Source of the DNA: Myxococcota bacterium
GTDB taxonomy: Bacteria; Myxococcota_A; UBA9160; UBA4427
Assembly: GCA_036336835.1 (NCBI GenBank)
Contig: JAYZFK010000062.1
Span: forward strand, 192,001-256,000
Length of the DNA stretch: 64,000 nt
Direction: 5' to 3'
The notes under the pieces: model-generated
What the model saw: the letters and a program-made list of their open reading frames with translations, nothing else
The model's database searches: none
What the model was told of the DNA's origin: nothing
In this document: one piece after another, positions 41,272 to 50,893 of the stretch
How the letters are laid out: each line of letters starts with the position of its first letter
Numbering within the stretch: the stretch's first letter is position 1
Program-made: the position numbers and the translations under genes

Positions 41272-42326
41272 CAGGGCCGGGGCGACGGCGGCTGCCCAGA
41301 CGCTCGAGAAGACGACGGCATCGAGGTAGTGGATTCGGGCAGGGTAGCGCGCGGTCCGGCGTTGAAGGGTCCAAGGCGTTCGACAGATCCGAATACCAGC
41401 TCGATCCGGAAGTAGACCTCCGGAGCCGGATCGAAATCGTCTTCGCGGCGGAAGCGGATTCCGGGCTCGACCTCGAAGAACAGCCACTCGCGCAGCATCG
41501 ACCAGCGGTAGCGGACCAGGGCGCGGTAGTCGACGACCTCACTGGTCGGTCGTGTGTGCGCATCCATCCGCAGCTCGATCTTCCACGCCGAACCTGCGCG
41601 CAGCGCGAAGAACTGGGAGAAGCTCGTCCGGAACTCGACCCCCTCGGTCGACTGGCCGTAGGTGGCCTCATTGCGCAGCCGGGCGAGGGATCGCGGACCC
41701 GTTCGGACGTCGAGGTCGAGTCGGCCGCGCTCTCCCAGACCGTCGTCGAGCTCCCAGAATGCGATCTGGCTCGGACGGATCGCGAGCACCCCGATGGTGT
41801 GCACTCGCTGCAAGCGAAGCCGGACGAACGGATCGGGCTCGGGCCGGAACCGGCTGCCGATGGAAAGCCGCAGCTTCGTCGCCTCGTCGTCGAAGACCAC
41901 GGCGCGCAGCCCGGCCGCGAAGCCGCTCTCGTCGTCGATGCCGCCATCGAGCGCGTCCTCGTCATCGTCGCGTCCCGACAGGACCAGGCCCAGGCGGTGC
42001 TGCGTCCGAGGCAGCTGCAGGTTGGCGCGCAGGCGGGGCTTGAAGGCGAAGCTGGGTCCCTCGCGAACGCGCAGGCCGGGCGCGAGCCGGAAGAAGGACT
42101 CGTTGGTCGTGGCGGCGTAGTTGTCGTCGCCGAAGAATCTGTCCAAGCCGGCGATGAATCGGTCCAGCTCGCGTTCGACGAGATCGTAGCTCCGGTCGAT
42201 AGGGTTCTTCCGCGCGTGCGGCTGCTCGGGACCGGCCTCAGGGTCGGCGTCGGCGCCCGAAGCCCCCAGGATCGCCGCCAGAGACAGCAGCCAGACGGCG
42301 CTCGGTCCATGCGCCGGTTTTGTCAT
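41271..42326 (-). CDS. Exported protein, probable outer-membrane beta-barrel
   Basis: Signal peptide, LDRFFGD, alternating beta strands, WLFFEVEP and RIELVF. Confidence 0.65.
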   Translation of the reverse strand: MTKPAHGPSAVWLLSLAAILGASGADADPEAGPEQPHARKNPIDRSYDLVERELDRFIAGLDRFFGDDNYAATTNESFFRLAPGLRVREGPSFAFKPRLRANLQLPRTQHRLGLVLSGRDDDEDALDGGIDDESGFAAGLRAVVFDDEATKLRLSIGSRFRPEPDPFVRLRLQRVHTIGVLAIRPSQIAFWELDDGLGERGRLDLDVRTGPRSLARLRNEATYGQSTEGVEFRTSFSQFFALRAGSAWKIELRMDAHTRPTSEVVDYRALVRYRWSMLREWLFFEVEPGIRFRREDDFDPAPEVYFRIELVFGSVERLGPFNAGPRATLPESTTSMPSSSRASGQPPSPRP

Positions 42327-42379
42327 CCTCCGAACATGGCGCCGATCTCGCGCCGTGTCATCCTGCTAAAATCTCCAGC

Positions 42380-42601
42380 ATGTGGGTAAGCAAGGTAAGT
42401 GAGCTGATCGGCTCGTCGCCGGAGTCGTTCGAAGCGGCTGCCCGCAATGTGGTCGAGCACGCTCAGCGAACGCTGCGCGGCATCGTGGGTGTCGAGGTGA
42501 TCGAGAAGCGCCTCAGGATCGAAGCGGACCGAGTGGTCGAGTACCGCGTCCGGCTCCGACTCGTGTTCGACCTCGCGCCCCGTTCAGAGCTTCACTGGTA
42601 G
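42380..42601 (+). CDS. Dodecin-family protein 1
   Basis: KVSELIGSSPESFEAA, TLRGI and EYRVRLRLVF. Confidence 0.8.
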   Translation: MWVSKVSELIGSSPESFEAAARNVVEHAQRTLRGIVGVEVIEKRLRIEADRVVEYRVRLRLVFDLAPRSELHW

Positions 42602-42605
42602 TCTG

Positions 42606-42824
42606 ATGGCCGTCGCCTCCGTCTCCACGATTACCGCCGCATCCCCCGAGAGCTGGCAGGACGCTGCGTTGCGCGGCTTCGAGCGCGCCAACGAGACCCT
42701 TCGCGGCATTACCGGCATCAAGGTGATCGAGGAGAAGGCGCAGGTCGCGGACGGCCGCATCACCGAGTACCTCGTGACATTGCAAGTGGTTTTCGTGCTC
42801 GAGGGCTCCGACGAGTCCGCCTGA
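42606..42824 (+). CDS. Dodecin-family protein 2
   Basis: SPESWQDAA, TLRGI and DGRITEYLVTLQVVF. Confidence 0.85.
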   Translation: MAVASVSTITAASPESWQDAALRGFERANETLRGITGIKVIEEKAQVADGRITEYLVTLQVVFVLEGSDESA

Positions 42825-43831
42825 TGAGCTCGCACGTCCCCGCAATCGTAATGGCTGGCGACCGCGGATCGGCTCGCCCGGTGTATGGCGAGAGCAAGGT
42901 CTACCTCGAGATCGCGGGGCGGCCACTGGTCGCGCACGTCGTGGCCACGTTGCAGTGCGTCCCGGAGATCTCGGAGGTTTGGGTGGTCGGCGATGCCACG
43001 CGCCTCTCTGCCGTGCTCGGCGAGGAGGGCGTGCAGGCCGAGTTTCGCAAGCCGCTCCAGATCGTCGAGCAGTTCGAGAACCTCTACGAGAACGCCTGGC
43101 AGATGTATCGGCGCGCGCTTCCGGGCGCGCCGCCGGACGGCCGCGACCCGGAAAGCGAGGGCGATCGCGATTTCCAGGTGCTCTTTCTGTCGGGCGATCT
43201 GCCGTTTGCCACGCCGCAGGAGATCTCGGAGTTCGTCCGCGAGTCGCAGGTGACCGGCTGCGAGTACGGCATTGGCATCAGCGCCGAGCCTTCGCTGGCG
43301 TTGTTCCACCCCACGGCGGAACACCTCGGGATCGAGGTCACCTACTTCAATCTGCGCGAAGCGCGACTCAAGCAGAACAACCTGCACCTCGCCAAGCCGG
43401 CCCGGATCCTGAATCGCCACTACATCGAGGAGATGTACCAGCACCGCAAGCAGCGCGAGATCGGGAGCATGATCTCGCTCGCATGGCGGCTGCTGCGCGC
43501 TCGCGAGGGCACGATCTCGATCGCGTGCTTCTACGCTGTCATGCACTTCGCAGCTGTGCTCGATCGCTGGCGCCTGCGTCTCCTTGCGGACTGGGTGCGT
43601 CGGTTCGTCTCGACCGGCCGGGTCGAGCGTGGGCTGTCGCGGTTGCTGAAGGCCTCGGTTCGGCTGGTGACCGTCGAGACGGGCGGCTGTGCCGTCGACG
43701 TCGACACCGAAGAGGAGTACGACGCCATCCGCTTGGACCGCGACCGCCTGTATGCGCGCGTGTGCGAGCGCGCCGAGGCCACCTACGGACCGCTGCCACT
43801 GCCTCCTCGAAGCGAGAGCAAAGTGTCGTGA
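42824..43831 (+). CDS. MobA-like nucleotidyltransferase-family protein
   Basis: AIVMAG, K..LEIAGRPLV, LSGDLP and VDVDTEEEY motifs. Confidence 0.75.
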   Translation: MSSHVPAIVMAGDRGSARPVYGESKVYLEIAGRPLVAHVVATLQCVPEISEVWVVGDATRLSAVLGEEGVQAEFRKPLQIVEQFENLYENAWQMYRRALPGAPPDGRDPESEGDRDFQVLFLSGDLPFATPQEISEFVRESQVTGCEYGIGISAEPSLALFHPTAEHLGIEVTYFNLREARLKQNNLHLAKPARILNRHYIEEMYQHRKQREIGSMISLAWRLLRAREGTISIACFYAVMHFAAVLDRWRLRLLADWVRRFVSTGRVERGLSRLLKASVRLVTVETGGCAVDVDTEEEYDAIRLDRDRLYARVCERAEATYGPLPLPPRSESKVS

Positions 43832-44814
43832 ATACCGAGGCATCGCGCGCAGGAGCCGTGCTGTTCGAGATGAGCTCGCGCGGAACGATCGCCGTCTCGG
43901 GCAACGATCGCGAACGCTGGCTCGGTGGAATGGTCAGCAACGATGTGGCCGCTCTCGTCGAGGATCCGGGTCGTTCCGGTTGTTACGCCGCCCTGTTGAC
44001 GCCGCAGGGGCGGATCGTGGCCGATCTGCACGTGTTGCAGCGCGGAGACTGCTACTGGCTCGAGACACGGCGCGACGCGGTGCAGCCCGTGATCGAGCGG
44101 CTCGAGCGCTACGTGATCGCGGATGACGTGCAGCTGCGCGATGCGAGCGACGAGCACGCCCGGCTCGCACTCGAGGGCGCTCGCGCGCGTGACGTGCTGG
44201 GTGCGCTGTTGGGACGACCGGTCGCCGTCGCGCCCGACTGCGTCGAGGATGCCGAGATCGACGGCGAGGCGATTGCCGTCGCAGCCTTCGGGTGGAGCGG
44301 TGAGGAGGCGTTCCAGCTGTTCGCGCCGAGTGCAGCAGCTGACCGGCTGTCGAGGACCCTGCTCGCCGCAGAAGGCGTCGTCGCGGGGACGGCCGAGCTG
44401 CTCGAACTGATGCGCGTAGAGGCGGGCATTCCGGAGCTTGGAGCCGAGCTGGCCGAGGATACGCTCCCCGACGAGGCCCGCATCGGCCACGCGATCTGCG
44501 ACACGAAGGGGTGCTACACCGGCCAGGAGGTGATCGCGCGGCTGCGCTCGCGTGGCGGGGTGAAACACCGCCTGGTAGGGCTGCGCGGCCGCGACCTTCC
44601 TGCTCCGGGTGCTCGCATCGAGCGTGCGAACGGCAAGCGAACGGGCGAGCTGACCAGCCGCGCCCGCTCCGATCTCGTCGGTGGCGAGATTGGGCTCGGC
44701 TTCGTCCACCGCGACGATGCCGAGGCTGGGACGCGGCTCATCTGCGAAGACCGCGAGGTGGTGGTCTCGGACCTGCCCTTCGTCGAGCTCGTGGCGTCGC
44801 GGACCCAGGCGTGA
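43828..44814 (+). CDS. ygfZ: YgfZ-type folate-binding protein (GcvT fold)
   Basis: KGCYTGQE signature and LLTPQGRIVAD. Confidence 0.88.
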   Translation: MNTEASRAGAVLFEMSSRGTIAVSGNDRERWLGGMVSNDVAALVEDPGRSGCYAALLTPQGRIVADLHVLQRGDCYWLETRRDAVQPVIERLERYVIADDVQLRDASDEHARLALEGARARDVLGALLGRPVAVAPDCVEDAEIDGEAIAVAAFGWSGEEAFQLFAPSAAADRLSRTLLAAEGVVAGTAELLELMRVEAGIPELGAELAEDTLPDEARIGHAICDTKGCYTGQEVIARLRSRGGVKHRLVGLRGRDLPAPGARIERANGKRTGELTSRARSDLVGGEIGLGFVHRDDAEAGTRLICEDREVVVSDLPFVELVASRTQA

Positions 44815-45491
44815 GCCGGGCAGCGCTCGTGGTCTTCGCGAAGGCACCGCGCGCGCGGCTGGTGAAAACGCGGCTCTGTCCTCCGCTCGAGCCCGAGCAG
44901 GCCGCCGCGCTCTATGAGTGCATGCTGGACGACGTGCTCGAAGAGAGCGCTGCCGCCTGCTCGGCCCGTGCCTGTGCGCTCTACGTGACCGTGCATCCGG
45001 AGGATGCAGCGGCATCGATCGCGCAGCGCGCCCCCGACTCGGCGCGGGTCGTGGTGCAGCGCGGGCCCGATCTCGCATCGCGTATGCAGTACGCGATCGC
45101 GGAGGCGGCCGCCGCGGGTTTCGGGCACATCGTGCTTCGCGGCAGTGACAGCCCCGCGCTGCCGCGCCGTCGCATCGAGCGGGCATTCGAGGCGCTCGGG
45201 CGCTTCGATCTCGCGGTGTCGCGCAATCTCGATGGTGGCTACGACCTGTTGGGGGTTCGCCGGCCGTACCCACGCCTGCTGGATCACGCAATGAGCACGG
45301 ACTCGGTCGCCAACGACACGCTGGCGAACGCGGAGCGCATGGGACTTCGCTGTCGCGAGCTGGAGCCGAGCTTCGATCTCGACACCGCCGGCGATCTCGC
45401 GCGGCTGCGCGAGGCCCGTCCCCAGCTTCCAGCCGGTCTGTGTCGCCGCACCCTCGAGCGGCTCGACGCCGAGGGCTGGTGGCCAGACTGA
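44811..45491 (+). CDS. DUF2064 / TIGR04282-like glycosyltransferase-fold protein
   Basis: FAKAP...VKTRL, QRGPDL..RM, GSDSP, DGGYDLLG and DLDT..DL motifs. Confidence 0.85.
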   Translation: MSRAALVVFAKAPRARLVKTRLCPPLEPEQAAALYECMLDDVLEESAAACSARACALYVTVHPEDAAASIAQRAPDSARVVVQRGPDLASRMQYAIAEAAAAGFGHIVLRGSDSPALPRRRIERAFEALGRFDLAVSRNLDGGYDLLGVRRPYPRLLDHAMSTDSVANDTLANAERMGLRCRELEPSFDLDTAGDLARLREARPQLPAGLCRRTLERLDAEGWWPD

Positions 45492-45534
45492 GTGCCGGCG
45501 AGCGATCTGCTGACTCGAAGAAGTGAGTTCAGCG

Positions 45535-45846
45535 TCAGGCCCTGATCTGCCAGCTTGCCTCGATGCCGAGCTTCTTCATCTTGGCGTATAGCGTACGGCG
45601 CCCGATCCCGAGTGCGCGTGCGGCTTCCGACCGGTTGCCCCGCACGGCGCCCAGCGTGCGGGTGATGTACCAGGTCTCGGCGAGCTCGAGCCAGCGCCTC
45701 AGGTCGAGTGGTGACTGCGGGCAGCCGCTCGCTGCGAGCAGCGAGTTCATGGCGGTCAGCTCCGAGGAGGCCTCGTCCGCCGCGCTCTTCGCGCCGTCGA
45801 TTCGACGAAGCTTTGTCGCGCCTTCGATGTCGATCAGCGCTTCCAC
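45535..45846 (-). CDS. Stand-alone Fis-type (HTH_8) DNA-binding protein
   Basis: GNRSEAARALGIGRRTLYAKMKKLGI; GGAGG RBS upstream. Confidence 0.8.
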   Translation of the reverse strand: MEALIDIEGATKLRRIDGAKSAADEASSELTAMNSLLAASGCPQSPLDLRRWLELAETWYITRTLGAVRGNRSEAARALGIGRRTLYAKMKKLGIEASWQIRA

Positions 45847-45876
45847 AGGCTTGGTTTCCTCCCCCTCGACGGGCTA

Positions 45877-45892
45877 CGGCACGACTCGTGCA
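45877..45892 (+). promoter_or_regulatory. Candidate sigma54 -24/-12 promoter (palindromic)
   Basis: CGGCACG-actc-GTGCA (GG-N10-GC) in the Fis/glnB intergenic region. Confidence 0.45.
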
Positions 45893-45955
45893 AACGTTGT
45901 ACCCATACGGAAGAGACCGGTCTGAACGCCGCGGGGTATAGCGAGCGACCTGGAG

Positions 45956-45993
45956 TGCACATCCGACGGGCACCCGTGCTCAAGAGTTGGGCA
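45956..45993. promoter_or_regulatory. Tandem NtrC-like binding sites
   Basis: TGCAC-N7-GGGCA (45956-45972) and TGCTC-N7-GGGCA (45977-45993), versus TGCAC-N7-GTGCA. Confidence 0.45.
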
Positions 45994-46091
45994 ATCCACC
46001 GCCAGGGGACTACCACCCGGGTCGAGGAAAAATGATACCGTGCGGCGGCTCTGGACTCTGGCCCGGCCGAAACTGAACGCGCTCCCAGTGA

Positions 46092-46442
<351 letters not shown>

Positions 46443-46497
46443 TCAACCCCTAGACACACCCCCATCCCCCGACCCGGAGGGACCAGCAGGAGAATCG

Positions 46498-47916
46498 ATG
46501 AGTACTCCCAAGAAGGCACTCGAATTGGCCAAGAAGGAAGGCGCGGTCATGGTCGACCTGCGCTTCACCGACTGGCCCGGTACGTGGCAGCACTGTTCGT
46601 TCCCGATCAGCGAGATCGATGAGGGCACGTTCGAGGACGGGATGGGCTTCGACGGCTCATCGATCCGCGGATGGCAGGCAATCAACGAGAGCGACATGCT
46701 GATGGTTCCGGATGCCTCCACGGCGTTCATGGATCCCTTCTACAAGCACCCGACCCTCGTGATGTACTGCGACATCGTCGATCCCATCACCAGGGAGCCC
46801 TATCACCGCGACCCGCGGCAGATCGCCAAGAAAGCCGAGGCCTATCTGAAGCAGACGGGCGTCGGTGACACCATCTACATGGGGCCCGAGGCCGAGTTCT
46901 TCATCTTCGACGACGTACGCTTCAGTACTGCGCCGCAGCACGGCTACTACTACGTCGACTCGGAAGAGGCCTCGTGGAATACCGGTCGCGACGAGGGCGG
47001 TAGCAACCTCGGCTACAAGCCGCGCTCCCAGGAAGGCTATTTCCCGGCGCCGCCGCTCGATCACTACCAGGATCTGCGGACGGAGATGGTGCTCGAGCTG
47101 CAGAAGCAGGGGATCATCGTCGAGGCACAGCACCACGAGGTGGCGACGGCCGGTCAGGCCGAGATCGACATGCGCTTCGCGCCGTTGCTCCAGATGGCTG
47201 ACCAGCTGGTGCTGTACAAGTACATCCTCAAGAACGTCGCCGTCCGCAACGGCAAGACAGTGACGTTCATGCCGAAGCCGGTGTTCGAGGGCAACGGCTC
47301 GGGCATGCACACGCACCAGTCGATCTGGAAGGGTGGCGATCCGCTGTTTGCGGGCGACGGCTACGCCGGCTTCAGCGAGCTCGGCCTGCACTACACGGGC
47401 GGCATCCTGAAGCACTCGCGGTCGCTTGCGGCGTTCACCAACCCGACCACCAACTCGTACAAGCGCTTGACGCCGGGCTACGAAGCCCCGGTCAATCTGG
47501 CGCTGTCGAGCCGCAACCGGTCGGCGGCCTGCCGCATTCCCATGTACTCGCAGAGTCCAAAGGCCAAGCGCATCGAGGTCCGCTACCCCGATCCGTCGGC
47601 CAATCCGTACCTCGCCTTCTCGGCGATGATGATGGCCGGGCTCGACGGAGTCCTCAACAAGATCGATCCGGGTGAGCCGCTCGACAAGAACATCTACGCC
47701 CTCTCGCCCGAGGAGACCGCCAAAATCCCGAGTATGCCGTCGAGCCTCGAGGAGGCGCTGGAGTCCCTGCAGGACGACCACGACTTCCTGCTCCAGGGTG
47801 GGGTGTTCACCAACGACTCGATCGAGAACTGGATCTCGTACAAGCGCGAGGAAGAGGCGAACCCGGTGCGACTGCGGCCGCACCCCCATGAATTCGAGCT
47901 CTACTACGACATCTAG
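46498..47916 (+). CDS. glnA: Glutamine synthetase type I
   Basis: FDGSSI, HHEVAT, FMPKP, NGSGMH, RNRSA and KNIY adenylylation-loop motifs. Confidence 0.98.
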   Translation: MSTPKKALELAKKEGAVMVDLRFTDWPGTWQHCSFPISEIDEGTFEDGMGFDGSSIRGWQAINESDMLMVPDASTAFMDPFYKHPTLVMYCDIVDPITREPYHRDPRQIAKKAEAYLKQTGVGDTIYMGPEAEFFIFDDVRFSTAPQHGYYYVDSEEASWNTGRDEGGSNLGYKPRSQEGYFPAPPLDHYQDLRTEMVLELQKQGIIVEAQHHEVATAGQAEIDMRFAPLLQMADQLVLYKYILKNVAVRNGKTVTFMPKPVFEGNGSGMHTHQSIWKGGDPLFAGDGYAGFSELGLHYTGGILKHSRSLAAFTNPTTNSYKRLTPGYEAPVNLALSSRNRSAACRIPMYSQSPKAKRIEVRYPDPSANPYLAFSAMMMAGLDGVLNKIDPGEPLDKNIYALSPEETAKIPSMPSSLEEALESLQDDHDFLLQGGVFTNDSIENWISYKREEEANPVRLRPHPHEFELYYDI

Positions 47917-47937
47917 TTCGGACGCGGAACTGCAGTG

Positions 47938-47970
47938 AGAAGCCCCGCTGGCAATGCTGGCGGGGCTTCT
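47938..47970 (+). terminator. Intrinsic terminator after glnA
   Basis: AGAAGCCCCGC...GCGGGGCTTCT hairpin 21 nt after the stop codon. Confidence 0.75.
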
Positions 47971-48143
47971 CCGCTCCTGGCAGACGGGCGAGAACGACGT
48001 CGCGATTCGAGCTGCCGTCTGTCGATGTGTAGGCCCGACCGAGCTTGGGCGGAACCGGCGCCTCCGATGCAGCGATCCGATGACACTGCAGCGATGCCAC
48101 TGCACCCCGCGACGCGCGGACGGCCGCCACGTGGCGCGGGCGA

Positions 48144-48159
48144 TGGCACGTTGCGTGCA
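48144..48159 (+). promoter_or_regulatory. Sigma54 -24/-12 promoter for the DUF4389 gene
   Basis: TGGCACG-ttgc-GTGCA ~40 nt upstream of ATG 48201, which has a GAGGAG RBS. Confidence 0.6.
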
Positions 48160-48200
48160 ACACTGTGTGTCCGCGCCCACCAGACCGATGAGGAGAGGAT

Positions 48201-48626
48201 ATGACGAGCCCCGCGCAGACCAACGACTTCCCGGACACCGGGTCTCACGAGATCGACCGGGGCGAGACGGGCGTTCGCATCTTGTTGACGATCCTGTTTG
48301 CGATCGTGCGCGGCGTCGTCGACTCCGTGCTGGCTCTGATCGTGATCGTCGAGCTGCTGTGGACCCTGATCACGAAGCAGCCGCCGAGCCCGCGGCTGCG
48401 CGAGTTCGCCAACCTCATCGTGGGCTTCGAGTACCGGATCGGCCGCTACCTGACCTACAACGAGGGCACCGTCCCGTTCCCTTTTTCCGAGTTCCCGCAG
48501 GAGATCGAGCCTTCGACCTGGGGTCCCGATCTGAGTGAGCGCGACGCGCTCGGATTGAGCGATGACTGGAAGGACGCCGACGTCCGCAGTAGCTGGCACG
48601 ATCGCGACGACGACCCTGCGGACTGA
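48201..48626 (+). CDS. DUF4389-like membrane protein
   Basis: TM hairpin followed by YRIGRYLTYN..PFPFS. Confidence 0.8.
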   Translation: MTSPAQTNDFPDTGSHEIDRGETGVRILLTILFAIVRGVVDSVLALIVIVELLWTLITKQPPSPRLREFANLIVGFEYRIGRYLTYNEGTVPFPFSEFPQEIEPSTWGPDLSERDALGLSDDWKDADVRSSWHDRDDDPAD

Positions 48627-48644
48627 CCGCGGAGCCGGCACCGG

Positions 48645-49208
48645 CTAGGCCCTTCCGCGCGACTCCCCCGTTGCCAGCGCGGCTGCGATCAGGTGGGCGA
48701 GTCGCAGGGGCTCGGGCAGCTCTCCCTTGCGGCGAGCGGCTGCGAGCAGCTTGGCTGCCCGCGCAGGCTCGCTGCCGGCACTCGCCGCGTACAGGTGATC
48801 TGTCACGCGAAAGGCGCGAGGGCTGCGTTCCAGCAGAGCGATGCGGTCCGCCAGCCCCGCGGATTGAAGTGCGTGCTCGAGCTCGCTGCTGCGCGGCGCC
48901 TTGCGGGTGACGGAGAGAATCGGCAGGCCGAGCCGTTGGGAGAGTCTGGGAAGATCCACCACGGCGAGCCCTGCGATCGTGATGCCCCCCAGGACGACCG
49001 CCTGCAGTGACGGACGAAAGCGCAGCGCGCCGACCCAGTCCGCCAGGAAGTCGGCGACGTCGGGACCATCGACGGGAAAGCGCGTCACGGCAATGCCTTC
49101 GACCAGGTCGTTGCCCTCCATCACGACGCCCACGATCGGGGCTTGCTCGTCCCGCCACTTGTCGAAGGGGCCGTCGTCGATTCCCAGCAGATGGGGGCGG
49201 TTGGGCAT
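48645..49208 (-). CDS. DUF99-family protein (endonuclease V-like fold)
   Basis: LGIDDGPF, VDG.D, GITIAGLAVVD and PEPLRLAHLIA motifs; start could be 49232. Confidence 0.85.
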   Translation of the reverse strand: MPNRPHLLGIDDGPFDKWRDEQAPIVGVVMEGNDLVEGIAVTRFPVDGPDVADFLADWVGALRFRPSLQAVVLGGITIAGLAVVDLPRLSQRLGLPILSVTRKAPRSSELEHALQSAGLADRIALLERSPRAFRVTDHLYAASAGSEPARAAKLLAAARRKGELPEPLRLAHLIAAALATGESRGRA

Positions 49209-49232
49209 GCCGCTGCAGCTCGGCTCGGGCAA

Positions 49233-50021
49233 TCAGGCGAGCTCGAGCACCTGCTCGATCCCGTAGAGCCCCGCCGGCTTGCCGACCAGCCAGGCCGCGG
49301 CGCGCACCGCGCCGCTCGCGAAGTGGGCGCGGGTGGCCGAACGGTGAGTGAGCTCGAGGCGCTCGCCCGCTCCGATGAACATCACCGTGTGCTCGCCGGG
49401 GTTATCGCCCCCGCGCAGCGTCTGGACGCCGATCGCGCCCTCGGGCCGGGCGCCGGTTTGACCGGCGCGTTCGAGCACCAGGTTTGCCTCGAGGTCGAGA
49501 GCCCGCCCCGCCGCCACCGCCTCGGCGAGCCGCAGTGCGGTACCCGAGGGGGCGTCTCGTTTGGCCGAGTGGTGGAGCTCCAACAGCTCCGCGTCGTAGC
49601 CGGGGCCCAGCCTGGACGCGGCCTCGCGCACCAGCCACGCCAGCAGATTGACTGCCACCGAAAAGTTCGGCGCGTGGATCACCGGGATCCGGCCTGCCAG
49701 CGAGGCGAGCTCGGCGCTCTCGTGTTCACTGAAACCGGTCGTCCCCGTGACGTACGCGATGCCGATGTCGGCTGCGACGCGCAGATTCGCCAGGGTGGCC
49801 TCCGGAAGCGAGAAGTCGATGGCCACGTCGCAGGCGGCGAAGGCTGCCTTGGCGTCGTCTGAGACCAGGATGCCGCCAGCGATTTCGCTGGCCACCCCCG
49901 GGTGGCCCCGTGCTTCGAGCGCCCCCGCCACCACGAGCTCGGGATGTGCGGCGACGGCGGTCTGTACTTCGTGGCCCATCCTGCCGAGGGCGCCGACGAC
50001 AGCGACGCGGTGCGCGGCCAC
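49233..50021 (-). CDS. dapB: 4-hydroxy-tetrahydrodipicolinate reductase
   Basis: GALGRMG, IDFS, GTTG and ELHHSAKRDAPSGTA motifs. Confidence 0.97.
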   Translation of the reverse strand: MAAHRVAVVGALGRMGHEVQTAVAAHPELVVAGALEARGHPGVASEIAGGILVSDDAKAAFAACDVAIDFSLPEATLANLRVAADIGIAYVTGTTGFSEHESAELASLAGRIPVIHAPNFSVAVNLLAWLVREAASRLGPGYDAELLELHHSAKRDAPSGTALRLAEAVAAGRALDLEANLVLERAGQTGARPEGAIGVQTLRGGDNPGEHTVMFIGAGERLELTHRSATRAHFASGAVRAAAWLVGKPAGLYGIEQVLELA

Positions 50022-50893
50022 TACAGCCTGCCCAGGTCCGAGAGCACACCGCGAAGCTTGTCCGCGCCCTCTTTCGTGATGCGGGTCATCGGGAGCCGGA
50101 TCTCATCGCTGATCTTGCCGAGCATCGCGAGCGCGGCCTTGACCGGAATCGGGTTCGTCTCGCAGAACAGCGCATCGAACACGGGTATCAGCTGGAAGTG
50201 GATCTGCCGCGCGCGATCGACGTCGCCTCGGCGGAAGGCACTCACCAGCTCCACTATCTCTTCTGGGACGATGTTGCTGCTCGTCGAGATCACGCCCTTG
50301 CCGCCGACCGCTAGCAGCGGAAGCGTCATCGCGTCGTCGCCCGACACCACGGAAAAGTCGGACGGACAGATGCGCACGACCTCTGCGATCTGGGCGATGT
50401 CGCCCGACGCTTCCTTGACCCCGACGATGTACTCGATGCCCGCCAGCGTCTGCTGCGTCCGCGGGGTGAGGTTCGACGCGGTGCGCCCCGGAATGTTGTA
50501 GAACACCAACGGGAACGCGGTCGCCTTGGCGACTGCCTCGTAGTGTTCGATGATGCCGGCCTGGGTCGGCTTGTTGTAGTAGGGCGAGATCAGCAACGCG
50601 CCGTCAGCGCCCGCCTCCTTCGCGTGCTGTGTCAGCTCGATCGCCTCACGCGTATTGTTCGAGCCGGTCCCCGCCACCACGGGCACGCGCCCGGCTGCGG
50701 CATCGACCACGATCTCGACCACCTGGCGGTGTTCTTCGTGTGACAAAACCGCGCTCTCGCCGGTCGAGCCGCAGGGCACGAGGCCATCGATCCCCGCCCC
50801 GATTTGCTCTTCGATCAGCAGTCGCAGGGCCGGCTCGTCGATCTCGCCCTGCTTGAAGGGCGTGACCAGCGCCGTCAGGACGCCTTCGAACAT
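50021..50893 (-). CDS. dapA: 4-hydroxy-tetrahydrodipicolinate synthase
   Basis: GSTGES, PYYNKP, YNIPGRT, GVKEA and ETNPIPVK motifs. Confidence 0.97.
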   Translation of the reverse strand: MFEGVLTALVTPFKQGEIDEPALRLLIEEQIGAGIDGLVPCGSTGESAVLSHEEHRQVVEIVVDAAAGRVPVVAGTGSNNTREAIELTQHAKEAGADGALLISPYYNKPTQAGIIEHYEAVAKATAFPLVFYNIPGRTASNLTPRTQQTLAGIEYIVGVKEASGDIAQIAEVVRICPSDFSVVSGDDAMTLPLLAVGGKGVISTSSNIVPEEIVELVSAFRRGDVDRARQIHFQLIPVFDALFCETNPIPVKAALAMLGKISDEIRLPMTRITKEGADKLRGVLSDLGRL

